This document shows, piece after piece, positions 1 through 10,200 of a stretch of DNA of 64,000 nt. Below the pieces are notes generated by a model that was given only the letters and a program-made list of their open reading frames with translations, had not been told where the DNA came from and did no database searches. Source of the DNA: an uncultured Christensenella sp. Its GTDB lineage: Bacteria; Bacillota; Clostridia; Christensenellales; UBA3700. A program made the translations under genes and the position numbers. Numbering within the stretch: the stretch's first letter is position 1; the number at the start of each line of letters is the position of its first letter. Location of the stretch: assembly GCA_950079155.1 (NCBI GenBank), contig CATMWH010000001.1:2982-66981 (forward strand), written 5' to 3'.

Positions 1-687
1 TATTGACGCATTGTATAAAAGATTATAGGTTGCTACGATATTGAGTTCTTCGGACTTTTTGCGAAACCAATCCGTTATGAGACTTTTGCCGAGAGATTGT
101 TGGGAGCGAATTATTGGCTTATCCCATAAATCTTCGGGCGTTATAAAATCATTGTGCGCAAGCGGATCGTCCTTACGCATAAGTATGCCCCAAGTATCGT
201 AAAGCGGCAAACGCAGATAATCGTATTTGGATAAATCAAACGGCTCAATAAATATCCCGAAGTCTATAAGTCCCTTATCGAGTTTTTCGGAAACGGTAGA
301 ACTGTCGCCGCTGAATATATGATATTTTACGTTGGGATAATCTTGCCGCACGGAATGCGCCGCTTTTGCTATAAGTTCCATAACGTAACTTTCGCCGCCG
401 CCGATATAAATATCGCCGCTCACGTCCGAAATGGGCGCATTGAGTTCCGCTTCCGTTTGATTATACAATTCTATAATTTCTTCCGCACGTTTAAGAAGCA
501 GTTGTCCTGTTTCGGTAAGCGTGATTTTTTTATTGCCGCGAATAAATAATTGCCTTCCTATCTCTTTTTCGAGATTTTGCATTTGCCGAGATAAATTCGG
601 TTGAGTAGTGTACAACACTTCCGCTGCTTTGGATATGCTTTGTTCCCGCGCAACCGCTAAAAAATATTTCAGTTCCCTAAGTTCCAT
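1..687 (-). CDS. LysR-family transcriptional regulator (C-terminus runs off the window edge)
   Basis: Reverse complement from ATG at 685-687 reads MELRELKYFLAVAREQSISKAAEVLYTTQPNLSRQMQNLEKEIGRQLFIRGNKKITLTETG, a canonical LysR wHTH N-terminus. The frame stays open to position 1. It is a paralog of 21057-21929. It is absent from the ORF track because it is open-ended. Confidence 0.85.
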   Translation of the reverse strand, partial: MELRELKYFLAVAREQSISKAAEVLYTTQPNLSRQMQNLEKEIGRQLFIRGNKKITLTETGQLLLKRAEEIIELYNQTEAELNAPISDVSGDIYIGGGESYVMELIAKAAHSVRQDYPNVKYHIFSGDSSTVSEKLDKGLIDFGIFIEPFDLSKYDYLRLPLYDTWGILMRKDDPLAHNDFITPEDLWDKPIIRSQQSLGKSLITDWFRKKSEELNIVATYNLLYNASI

Positions 688-822
688 TTTATAACGCCGT
701 CCTTTGTATTTATAATAGCACAAAGTTGGTATGCGTGTCAATTATAGCAACAGTATAAAATATAAGCATTTGACATATATACAAACAAAACTTAAAATAT
801 TGGTGTAGATTGCGGAGGATTT

Positions 823-1392
823 ATGAACACGGTAGAATTCAAAGAAGCAATGGAAAAACGAATGTATATCGTAGCAAAATCGGGAATGCATTTGCATATG
901 CACGAAATGGCGCAACGCGCACTTAAAATAACGTCGCAAATGAACGGACAATATCATACGCCCGACGAATTAAGGGAATTGTTTTCAGAACTTATAGGGC
1001 AAGAACTTGACGATGGCTTTGGAATGTTTCCGCCTTTCAACGCCGATTATGGACTGAATATAAAAATAGGTAAAAACGTGTTTATCAATTCGGGGTGCTG
1101 TTTTCAGGATCAGGGCGGCATAGAAATCGGCGACAATGCGCTGATAGGACAGCAAGTTGTTATTGCGACTTTGAATCACGATATAAACCCAGCCAAACGA
1201 CAAAATATGTTGCCTTCCCTCGTGAAGATAGGAAATGATGTTTGGATAGGCGCAAAAGCAACGATATTATCGGGCGTAACGATAGGAAACGGCGCGATTG
1301 TAGCGGCAGGCGCGGTCGTAACCAAAGACGTTCCAGAGAATACGGTAGTTGCGGGCGTTCCCGCTAAAATAATAAAACAAATTGAGGTGTAA
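823..1392 (+). CDS. Maltose/galactoside O-acetyltransferase-family hexapeptide-repeat acetyltransferase
   Basis: 189-aa ORF with RBS gcggagg upstream. Hexapeptide repeats [13 protein letters not shown]...[49 protein letters not shown]. Divergent from the LysR gene. Confidence 0.85.
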   Translation: MNTVEFKEAMEKRMYIVAKSGMHLHMHEMAQRALKITSQMNGQYHTPDELRELFSELIGQELDDGFGMFPPFNADYGLNIKIGKNVFINSGCCFQDQGGIEIGDNALIGQQVVIATLNHDINPAKRQNMLPSLVKIGNDVWIGAKATILSGVTIGNGAIVAAGAVVTKDVPENTVVAGVPAKIIKQIEV

Positions 1393-1393
1393 A

Positions 1394-2023
1394 ATGAAAG
1401 TATTGCTTTTTAACGGCAGTCCGAGAGCGAAAGGCTGTACCTTTACCGCACTTTGCGAGATTGCAAATGTGCTGAACGCGCAAGGAATCGAAACGGGAAT
1501 TTTGCAAATCGGCAATAAGCCCGTGCAAGACTGTGTCGGTTGCAACGGTTGTGTCGAGAAGGGCAAATGCGTGTTTTCGGGCGATTGCGTAAACGAATGG
1601 ATAGAGAAAGCCAAATCGGCGTACGGTTTTATATTCGCAACACCGGTCTATTACGCGCATCCGTCCGGACGGATACTCTCGGCAATGGATAGGCTTTTTT
1701 ATGCGGGCGGTAAAAACTTCGAGCATAAGCCTGCCGCCGTTATTGCTTCCGCAAGATGGGCAGGTACTACGGCTACGCTTGATACGATTTCCAAACACTT
1801 CGGTATAGCGCAAATGCCCATTATAACTTCTACCTATTGGAATATGGTTCACGGCAATACGCCCGAGCAAACAAAGCAGGATTTGGAAGGTATGAAGACT
1901 ATGAGAAATTTAGGCGCAAATATGGCGTGGATATTGAAATGTATCGACGTCGGCAAAAATCAAGGTATAGAAGCACCTCAAGCGGAAACGTCGGCTCGGA
2001 CGAATTTTATTAGAGAAAAATAA
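1394..2023 (+). CDS. Flavodoxin-like NADPH-dependent FMN reductase / iron-sulfur flavoprotein (Isf-like)
   Basis: ATG at 1394 lies behind RBS gaggtg (the track start at 1382 is a TTG inside the RBS). N-terminus MKVLLFNGSPRAKGCT plus Cys cluster CVGCNGCVEKGKC. About 60% identical by eye to the paralog at 50023-50655. Confidence 0.8.
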   Translation: MKVLLFNGSPRAKGCTFTALCEIANVLNAQGIETGILQIGNKPVQDCVGCNGCVEKGKCVFSGDCVNEWIEKAKSAYGFIFATPVYYAHPSGRILSAMDRLFYAGGKNFEHKPAAVIASARWAGTTATLDTISKHFGIAQMPIITSTYWNMVHGNTPEQTKQDLEGMKTMRNLGANMAWILKCIDVGKNQGIEAPQAETSARTNFIREK

Positions 2024-2042
2024 AAATCAGGAGACAAAAATT

Positions 2043-3209
2043 ATGTTAGGAAACTTCACTTACTGCAATCCCACAAAACTATACTTCGGTAAAAACGCTT
2101 TGGAAGGTCTGAACGAAGAACTGCCAAAATACGGCAAAAACGTATTGCTCGTTTACGGCGGCGGCTCTATCAAAAAGAACGGCATTTACGATAAGGTCGT
2201 TGCCATTTTGAAAGCCAACGGTAAAGAGATTTACGAGGACGGCGGCGTTATGCCCAATCCTACGAACGTAAAACTGAACGAAGGTATCGAGCGCGCGAGA
2301 AAGGCAAAAGCCGATTTAATTTTGGCTGTCGGCGGCGGCTCGGTGTGCGACTACGCAAAAGCCGTTTCGGTATCTGCAAACTGCAACGAGGACGCTTGGG
2401 ATAAATACTTTATCCGCTTTGAAGAACCGACCTGCGAAATTATCCCGGTGGGTTGCGTGCTTACTATGGTAGGTACTGGCAGCGAGATGAACGGAGGCTC
2501 GGTCATTACTAATCACGAGCAAAAACTCAAAATCGGACACGTTTTCGGCGATAAAGTATTTCCGAAATTTTCTGTAATGAACCCAGAATTTACCTTTACG
2601 CTTCCCAAATATCAAATGGTATCGGGCATTTACGATATAATGTCGCATATTTTGGAACAGTATTTTTCGGGTACGGACGACAACACAAGCGACTACCTTA
2701 TGGAAGGTCTTTTGCGCTCTATAATTCACAGCGCAAACATCGCGGTGGAAAATCCGACCGATTACGAAGCGCGCAGTAATATTATGTGGACGGCGACTTG
2801 GGCTTTGAATACGCTTGTCGCAAAGGGCAAAACCACCGATTGGATGGTGCATATGCTCGGTCAGGCGGTTGCCGCTTATACCGACGCAACGCACGGAATG
2901 ACGCTTGCCGCCGTAACTATGCCGTATTACAAATATATTTTACCTTACGGAACGGCGAAGTTTGCGCGCTACGCCGTAAACGTATGGAACGTCAATCCCG
3001 AAGGAAAGACCGATACGCAAATCGCTTACGAGGGTTTGTTGGCTATGGAAGAGTGGATGAAGACAATCGGACTTGTTATGAATATAACCGAACTCGGTGC
3101 TAAAGAGGAAATGCTCGACGGTATGGTAAAAAGCACTCTTGTTATGGACGGCGGTTACAAAGTATTCGACGAAAAAGATATACGCGCCGTCTTGCAAGCA
3201 AGTTTTTGA
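2043..3209 (+). CDS. Iron-containing alcohol dehydrogenase (butanol dehydrogenase-like)
   Basis: 388 aa. Contains the GGGS motif (AVGGGSVCDYAKA) and His-rich metal site HMLGQAVAAYTDATHGMTLA. Good RBS caggaga. Confidence 0.9.
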   Translation: MLGNFTYCNPTKLYFGKNALEGLNEELPKYGKNVLLVYGGGSIKKNGIYDKVVAILKANGKEIYEDGGVMPNPTNVKLNEGIERARKAKADLILAVGGGSVCDYAKAVSVSANCNEDAWDKYFIRFEEPTCEIIPVGCVLTMVGTGSEMNGGSVITNHEQKLKIGHVFGDKVFPKFSVMNPEFTFTLPKYQMVSGIYDIMSHILEQYFSGTDDNTSDYLMEGLLRSIIHSANIAVENPTDYEARSNIMWTATWALNTLVAKGKTTDWMVHMLGQAVAAYTDATHGMTLAAVTMPYYKYILPYGTAKFARYAVNVWNVNPEGKTDTQIAYEGLLAMEEWMKTIGLVMNITELGAKEEMLDGMVKSTLVMDGGYKVFDEKDIRAVLQASF

Positions 3210-3227
3210 CAAACACGGAACAAAATT

Positions 3228-4664
3228 ATGAAAAGGAATTTAGGAGTATTGTTAATCGTTATGGCATTATTTGGATTGACCGCTTGCGGTGGAAACAGCA
3301 ATACAAAACCTACCGTAGGAAATGCAAATAAAGTTCTTGTTGCTTATTTTTCCTGCACAAATACTACTGAAGCAATTGCCGAGCATATTCAAACGGAAAC
3401 GAAAGGAACGCTATATGAAATCGTCCCCGAAGTTCCTTATACCGCAGACGACTTAAAGTATTATACAAACGGCAGAGCGGACAAAGAACAAGGCGATCTT
3501 TCCGTGCGCCCTGCAATCAACGGCAGCGTAGAAAATATTGAAAAATACGACGTAGTGTTTTTAGGCTATCCTATATGGCACGGACAAGCGCCGAGAATAA
3601 TATCCACATTTTTGGAAAGTTACGACTTTTCGGGCAAAACAATCGTTCCGTTCTGTACTTCGCACAGTAGCGGAATAGGCAGTAGCGATACTGATTTACA
3701 TTCGCTCGCCCCTAATGCGGAATGGGTATCGGGCAAACGTTTTTCTTCGGGGACTTCGCGAAGCGCGGTTGCCGATTGGATTGAAAGCCTAGACTTAAAG
3801 CTCACGCCCGACGTTGCCGTGTTCGATTTGGAAAACGGCGAAAACGGACGCGCGCCTACAGTTACGCTGAACAGCGGCTACGAAATGCCTATTTTGGGAC
3901 TTGGTACTTATTCACTGCGCGGCGATACGGCAAGGAATTCCGTCAGAACCGCGATAGAAAGCGGAGTGCGTTTGATTGACACGGCGTCGGCATACGGAAA
4001 CGAGCGGGAAATCGGAGAAGCCATACGCAAGGCAATCGGCGACGGAGTGGTTAAACGCGAAGAATTATTTGTCATTACAAAAATCTATCCCGGCAGCGAA
4101 ATGGCAAATCCCGAACAATCCGTACAAGCGTGTTTGGATAGACTGAATATCGGCTATGTGGATATGATGCTTTTGCATCATCCCGACAGAAATGACGTGA
4201 AGGCTTACAAGACAATCGAAAAGTTCGTTGAACAGGGCAAAATACGTTCTATCGGTCTGTCGAATTGGTATATCGAAGAAATCGACGATTTTATCTCTCA
4301 GGTAGATATTATGCCAGCACTCGTACAGAACGAAATACACCCATACTATCAGGAACAAACCGTCGTACCGTATATGCATAATCTCGGCATCGTTGTGCAA
4401 GCGTGGTATCCGTTCGGCGGCAGAGGACATACGGGCGCACTTTTGGGCAACGAAACGATTGTAAAAATCGCAAATGCGCATAACGTAACTGCCGCGCAGG
4501 TAATCTTACGTTGGCACTTGCAACGCGGCGTGGTAGCAATTCCAGGCTCGTCCAACCCCGATTATATACGCGAGAATATATCCGTATTCCATTTTTCGCT
4601 TACAGACGATGAAATGAACGAAATTGCCGCGCTTGACAGAAATGAAAAGTACGATTGGTATTGA
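3228..4664 (+). CDS. Fusion protein: lipoprotein signal peptide + flavodoxin-like (Flavodoxin_4-type) domain + aldo/keto reductase domain
   Basis: N-terminus MKRNLGVLLIVMALFGLTAC carries a lipobox (LTAC). Residues about 35-190 resemble secreted flavodoxin-like proteins (VLVAYFSCTNTTE, GYPIWHGQAP, PFCTSHSSG). Residues about 210-478 carry AKR motifs (DTASAYGNE, LLHHP, SIGLSNW, QNEIHPYY, IPGSSNPDYIRENI). Confidence 0.8.
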   Translation: MKRNLGVLLIVMALFGLTACGGNSNTKPTVGNANKVLVAYFSCTNTTEAIAEHIQTETKGTLYEIVPEVPYTADDLKYYTNGRADKEQGDLSVRPAINGSVENIEKYDVVFLGYPIWHGQAPRIISTFLESYDFSGKTIVPFCTSHSSGIGSSDTDLHSLAPNAEWVSGKRFSSGTSRSAVADWIESLDLKLTPDVAVFDLENGENGRAPTVTLNSGYEMPILGLGTYSLRGDTARNSVRTAIESGVRLIDTASAYGNEREIGEAIRKAIGDGVVKREELFVITKIYPGSEMANPEQSVQACLDRLNIGYVDMMLLHHPDRNDVKAYKTIEKFVEQGKIRSIGLSNWYIEEIDDFISQVDIMPALVQNEIHPYYQEQTVVPYMHNLGIVVQAWYPFGGRGHTGALLGNETIVKIANAHNVTAAQVILRWHLQRGVVAIPGSSNPDYIRENISVFHFSLTDDEMNEIAALDRNEKYDWY

Positions 4665-4789
4665 GGTGCAAAAGAAAACTCAAAAAACTGTTTGCAATTA
4701 TATTTACATTGTGTTTGGCTGCGCTTGCTTTTACGGCTTGCAATAACGAAGCCCCGACAACTAATCTGCCGACGCCGCCTGAATTGTAA
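4661..4789 (+). CDS. Possible 42-codon lipoprotein-like small ORF (TTG start overlapping the upstream stop codon)
   Basis: The TTG at 4661 overlaps the TGA at 4662-4664. It translates (M)RCKRKLKKLFAIIFTLCLAALAFTACNNEAPTTNLPTPPEL, which has a basic n-region, a hydrophobic core and an FTAC lipobox. A strong terminator follows directly. There is no independent RBS and it is below the ORF-track size cutoff. Confidence 0.3.
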   Translation: MRCKRKLKKLFAIIFTLCLAALAFTACNNEAPTTNLPTPPEL

Positions 4790-4790
4790 A

Positions 4791-4820
4791 ATGCCACCCA
4801 TTTGATGGGTGGCATTTTAT
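4791..4820. terminator. Bidirectional rho-independent terminator between convergent genes
   Basis: Perfect 10-bp stem atgccaccca (4791-4800) / tgggtggcat (4806-4815), flanked by A-run and T-run. Confidence 0.8.
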
Positions 4821-4838
4821 AATAATAGCATTATAATT

Positions 4839-5528
4839 TTATTTTTGAATATTTACGGCAAAACTCAAACTTTCTATATCTTCGTTGCTTCCGCCGACTA
4901 CGAGAATATCGTCGGGTTTTAGTATAGTATTACCCGAAGGGGTAGTGATTACTTCGTCGTTGGCTCTTATGATAATGAGCACGTTAACTGCGTATCTGTT
5001 ACGCAGAGCCAGTTCGCTCAAACTTTTGTCTATCCATTTTTCGGTGATATTGATTTCGGCGATAGAGTATCCCGAGACAATCTCCATATGGTTTTGTATA
5101 TTTGGATTGATAAGTTGAGTAGCAATTTTAATCGCAATTGCCGCTTCGGGATATATGACATTGTTTACGCCTATCTTGCTTAATAATTTTCCGTGCTTAT
5201 CGTTGTGCGCTTTTGCAATGACGTTGGGACATCCCAATTCTTTGCAAGTGAGGGCAGTTATGATAGAAGACTGAATATTGCTGCCGATGGCAATAACGAC
5301 GGTGTCAAAACTTTCTATAGCAAGCGACTTAAGGGTACTTTCTTCTGACACATCGGCAACAATGGCGTGAGTGCTGAAATTGGACACTTCGTGTATTCTT
5401 TCTTCGTCGATATCGACAGCGAGAACCTCATAGCCGTAATTATACAGCGCTTTGGTGATTTCTGCTCCGAATCTGCCCATACCTAGGACTGCGAATTGCT
5501 GTTTTTTTGTGTGTTTAAATCTTTTCAT
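4839..5528 (-). CDS. ktrA: K+ uptake system NAD-binding peripheral subunit (KtrA/TrkA family)
   Basis: 229 aa. RCK N-terminal Rossmann motif VLGMGRFGAEI plus a C-terminal TrkA-C-like domain. Located immediately downstream of the TrkH/KtrB gene on the same strand. Confidence 0.9.
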   Translation of the reverse strand: MKRFKHTKKQQFAVLGMGRFGAEITKALYNYGYEVLAVDIDEERIHEVSNFSTHAIVADVSEESTLKSLAIESFDTVVIAIGSNIQSSIITALTCKELGCPNVIAKAHNDKHGKLLSKIGVNNVIYPEAAIAIKIATQLINPNIQNHMEIVSGYSIAEINITEKWIDKSLSELALRNRYAVNVLIIIRANDEVITTPSGNTILKPDDILVVGGSNEDIESLSFAVNIQK

Positions 5529-5572
5529 TTTTATCCTTCCTATTTACGGTTTTCGACCGAGGTGTTATGAGG

Positions 5573-6973
5573 CTATACGTTGATATTAGCCTCCGGGTAT
5601 TTGATTTTTGACGTTTCTCTGTTGGATCTTGCGAAAGACATAAAGAACGTAAAGGCGCCTATTCTTCCCAGATACATATCCATTATCAATACGAGTTTGC
5701 TGAATGTTGTTATCGAAGAAGTTACGCCCATAGTCAGTCCGCAAGTGGAGTAGGCGCTTATTTGTTCAAATATGAGCATCAGCAAGTTTTGAGTTCCTTT
5801 GCGGTTTTCCGCCGCAAAAATCAGCATAGCGCTAATAAATAATATGAACATTGCAAGCAAAACTGTGCTTGCGGCTTTAGCAAGTGTATTTGTGCCAATG
5901 GCTTTTTTGTCGACGACATATTCTTTCTTTTGTTTAAGCGTAGCGATTACGTAGGTAATAAGTATATACAAAGTCGTCACTTTGATACCTCCGCCTGTCG
6001 AGCCGGGGGCAGCGCCTATAAACATAAGTCCCATTGACAGCGATATGGAAAGATTGTGCATTTTGTCTACAGGTATGCTTGCAAAGCCCGCCGTTCTGCA
6101 CGAAACGGAATGGAAATAACAATTTATCCATTGACCCAACAATGGCATATTTCCTATAGTGTCGGGGTTTGTTCTTTCGGCAAGCCAAAAGAGAAATGCG
6201 CCGCCAAAAGTCAAAGCCAGCGTCATTATCACGACGACTTTTGTATGCAAAGACCATTTTGAAAATATTTTGTGTTCGGATATATCCACAAGCACTATAA
6301 AGCCTACGCCGCCGATTCCTATCAAAAGCGCAAGGGTGATGAGTATAAGATAATTGTTGTTATAATCTACCAATGATACTCCCGTGACAGATACTATATC
6401 AAAGCCTGCGTTGCAAAAAGCCGAAACGCTGTGGAATATGCCATACCAAAGAGCAGTGCCGAAAGAAACTCCTTGAATGCAAAAGCCTATAGTCAAGAAA
6501 ATCACGCCAAGAATTTCTGAGCCGAGCGCCAAAAGCATAATCTTGATTGCTATATTTCTCAGGCCTTGCATACTCGTCTGCGCCATCTCTTCGCTCATAC
6601 TCAGTCTTCTTCTTAATGATAATTTCCTGCCGAGCATAGAATAAAAGAAAGAAGTGATGGTCATAAAGCCAAGACCGCCGATTTGAATGAGAATGAGAAT
6701 GACGACTTGACCGAACGCCGAAAAAGTGCCAGCGGTGGGGACTACGGACAGACCGGTCACGCAAGTGGCGGAAGTGGCGGTAAAAAGCGCGTCAATAAAA
6801 TTGATACTTTTTCCTTTTTGAGTTGAGAATGGCAAAAGAAGCAAAAGAGTGCCCACTAAAATAATAACTAAAAAACCCAACAGCAATAGTCTTGCAGTTG
6901 TCAAATGCGAAATTATTTTGTTTTTGCTTGAACGAGTCAGAATAGAATCGTTCAACTTTAATTGGCGTTGCAT
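5573..6973 (-). CDS. ktrB: TrkH/KtrB-family K+ transporter membrane subunit
   Basis: 466-aa polytopic membrane protein with repeated pore-loop-like motifs (TATSATCVTGLSV, AFCNAGFD, CRTAGFAS, AYSTCGLTMG). Confidence 0.9.
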   Translation of the reverse strand: MQRQLKLNDSILTRSSKNKIISHLTTARLLLLGFLVIILVGTLLLLLPFSTQKGKSINFIDALFTATSATCVTGLSVVPTAGTFSAFGQVVILILIQIGGLGFMTITSFFYSMLGRKLSLRRRLSMSEEMAQTSMQGLRNIAIKIMLLALGSEILGVIFLTIGFCIQGVSFGTALWYGIFHSVSAFCNAGFDIVSVTGVSLVDYNNNYLILITLALLIGIGGVGFIVLVDISEHKIFSKWSLHTKVVVIMTLALTFGGAFLFWLAERTNPDTIGNMPLLGQWINCYFHSVSCRTAGFASIPVDKMHNLSISLSMGLMFIGAAPGSTGGGIKVTTLYILITYVIATLKQKKEYVVDKKAIGTNTLAKAASTVLLAMFILFISAMLIFAAENRKGTQNLLMLIFEQISAYSTCGLTMGVTSSITTFSKLVLIMDMYLGRIGAFTFFMSFARSNRETSKIKYPEANINV

Positions 6974-7239
6974 TTTATAAATTTTGTCAGCCTTTTCAAA
7001 GTTCTTGTTTTATATTATATATCAATGCAAAATAATTTGCAAATATTTTGCGGTACAAAAGAGGACAGTGTTATTATATGCAATATTAGGTCGAATTTTG
7101 GTCTCAATTACTCGAATGTTGAGTTTTAACATAAATTTCTATTCCAAAAGTTTTCAAAAAAGGCTTGCTTTATAATTTATTTAATAATATGATATATATG
7201 AATAGTTATATTTACATAATAGTATATAGGTATAAATTT

Positions 7240-10200
7240 ATGGCAGAGAGTGAAGAAAAGAATAACAATGTTGAAAGTACTGATTTAAATAGCAATATTG
7301 AAAGCAGTCAAGAAAACGCGCCGGAATCGGTCGAGCAAGACGGCGTAATCATCGACTATAACTTGCCGAAAACGGAGCGCGAAGACGCCGTAGTAGTCGA
7401 TTCCGACATTGTGATAGACGGCGAAAACGGCGCGGAGGCTGTGAAAGATATATTCGTTGAGCAAGTTGATTATTGTGAAAATCAGCCGAATTTTCAATTT
7501 GTTGACAATGAAGCAGTCAACTTTTGCGACGGAAATTTTGAAGGCTATCCGGAAGATCGGTTTGAAAATTTTGCTGTAGAAGATATGCCTGCGCAAGAAC
7601 AAGTCGTTCAAAATCAGAGAAAATCGTCTAAGCAGTCAAAAGTAAGAGTAATCAAAAAACTTAATATCGAAAAAGATAAAAAAGCAATAGCGCGTCAGCG
7701 CCGAAATAAGATTATAGGAAAGGTGTTGGCGTGTGTTTTTGTATTCATTTTTCTAGGTACGATTGCAGGTATCACTGCAGGCGCCTATACTGCGGCGGAT
7801 AAACTTTGGATGGAAAGTGTCGGAGAGGAAGCGGGAGTTGAGTTTAAAGAACTCTTTACGCTTTTCAACGGAGTTATTGACGCCAACGAGGATAAGATAG
7901 TTACAAAAGGCTTTAATCAAGAAGACCTTGAAGAATTTTATTCCAATCTCAAGCGAAAAATGTTTCTTGCTCAAGATTATAATTTGTCAATCGGACAGAT
8001 TATAAGTTCGGTAATGAGCGCGTCGGGAGAGGAGAAAGAAAGTCAGCAGTCGTATACTACGGTAGGAGTTGACGGTTACGACTTGCAATACGTCTATTGC
8101 GACGCAGACGGAAATACGGTGGTAAGCGACGAAAAGCCTACAGCCGAAGACTTCGGCGAGCCTGAAAATAATCAAGACGAAATCAACTCATCTGTTACCG
8201 GCAATGAGCAGTTGGATCAACTTTTGCAAGAATTGAAGTTTGACTTTTCTTCTCTTGCGCAATACGAGGGCGAACGCAATATTCTCGAAATTTCAGATAA
8301 ACAACTTGCTGCAGTCATCAACGACGCATTCTCCGAGTTGGCAACTTCTTTCGGAGAATTGGAAGAGATAGAAAAGTCTATCGGCAAGCCCATTAACGAA
8401 GTTATTGCAATAAAACAAGTCGTCATATCGGGCAACAAACTTTCTGATACCGATACAAACTTAAAAATAACTTTGGAAGTAAAAGCAAAAGATTTATTAT
8501 CCAATCTTTTGACACAATACGGAATACCGTCTATAGTAAATGCAATTTTGCCAGAGAAGTTATATGCTTCGGTCAGAGTTTATCCATACGACGTTACAAA
8601 GCCAATCGAGGCATCTGTCAACAGACTTGAAGAGGACAAGGTAAATAAGATAGTGCGGATTATCGACGTCATACTCAAAAAGACAGGCAATACGACGTCA
8701 ATAAGCGATATGCTCGTTCAAGTCAACGGCAAAGTCGTCGAAGTGCTTGACAAAGCACAGCAGAAACTACCTATCACTTTTGTGCCTACAGGCAGCGTTG
8801 ACTTATATCCCATAGAGTCTCTTATGGGTATGCTGGACGTTGACGTCAGCGAGCAGGCGTTTCTGTATATGCTCAAAGATATCAAGTTGCCCACCGGCGA
8901 GACTTTGGGTCTTGTTATGCCCACGCCGGAGGAGATAAAGGCTGAGACGAGCGTATTCTTATCTGAATTAAGCGTCAAGTATTGCCTTGATAATTCCGAC
9001 GGTAAGATTAGTCAAGACAATACTATAAAAGACGTTATGAACTTTGCAAGCAGCGATGATGCGCTCGAGGCAATTCATCTCAAAGAGATGGATTATTCGG
9101 GTATTTATTCTCAACAACTCAAGGTTCGCACTTCTTATGACGCGCTTGCGGGAATGTTGTCAGACTACGTCAAAAACGAAGGCTTGTTGCAAGACATAAC
9201 TGCCGATATAGTCAAGATTAGTTACACCTCAAGCAATGATATTCTTTCAATAGACATAAGGATAAATCTTTCGCAAATGTTAGGATTTGACGACGATAGC
9301 GTTATGTCTTCGCTTATAAAACAATTGGTTCCTGAGTACATCTATGTCAGCGCCAATATATGCGCCAACTCCAACAAAAATATACCTACTGAGATAGAGA
9401 TCAACAAGACTGGTTCGGAAAACTCCAAGGCGCATCTCCTGACTTTGACGGCTTTAGCAAATAAGTTTGGAATGGACGCATCGTCTTTGACATACGATGA
9501 GATATGCGTCAAAGTAGACGAAGGACTCCGAAGCGGACTTTCGCAAATGCAAGAAAAGATTGGCTGCGAAATACTATTTACCGATGAGTGCGCGTATTTG
9601 CCAAACCTATTTGAAGTCGTATGCGGCACCGGACTTCTCAATGAAGACGAAGATCATAAGGTAGAACCCGAGAAATTATACAATATAATGAAGCAGGCTT
9701 ATACTTACGAGGTCGCAAGCGCCGATATGAATAAGACTGCAAATGCGGACGGTTTTATTGGAGAAATCGAGAGTAAGTATTATATACAGCAAGGCAAGAT
9801 AATCGACGACGGAGAGGGCAATTTGTTGCATAGCGTAATGGCGTTGAAAGAGAATTTCGGCTCTTCGATAGACAAGACGGCGTTGGCGGACGACAATAGA
9901 GACATAAGCATAATAAATCCAAAGATGACGGCAGGTGAGTTCGCATATCTAATGGAACTTAATATTGATACTGACAATATGAGCGAAGCGCTTAAATCGG
10001 CAGAAGTGTTGGGCGCAAGAATAAACGACGACGAGATAATTCTGTATCTTCGGGCAAAACTTTACGAGACGCAAGAAAGCGTGCTGTCGCAAGAGGACGG
10101 CAATGCGCCGGCGGAAAGCCAAGAAGTTGATTTGAGCAAATATTCCAATTTGTTGCCTCAACTGGCTTACGTCACGGTGATAATTGACGCCCCCAAGATG

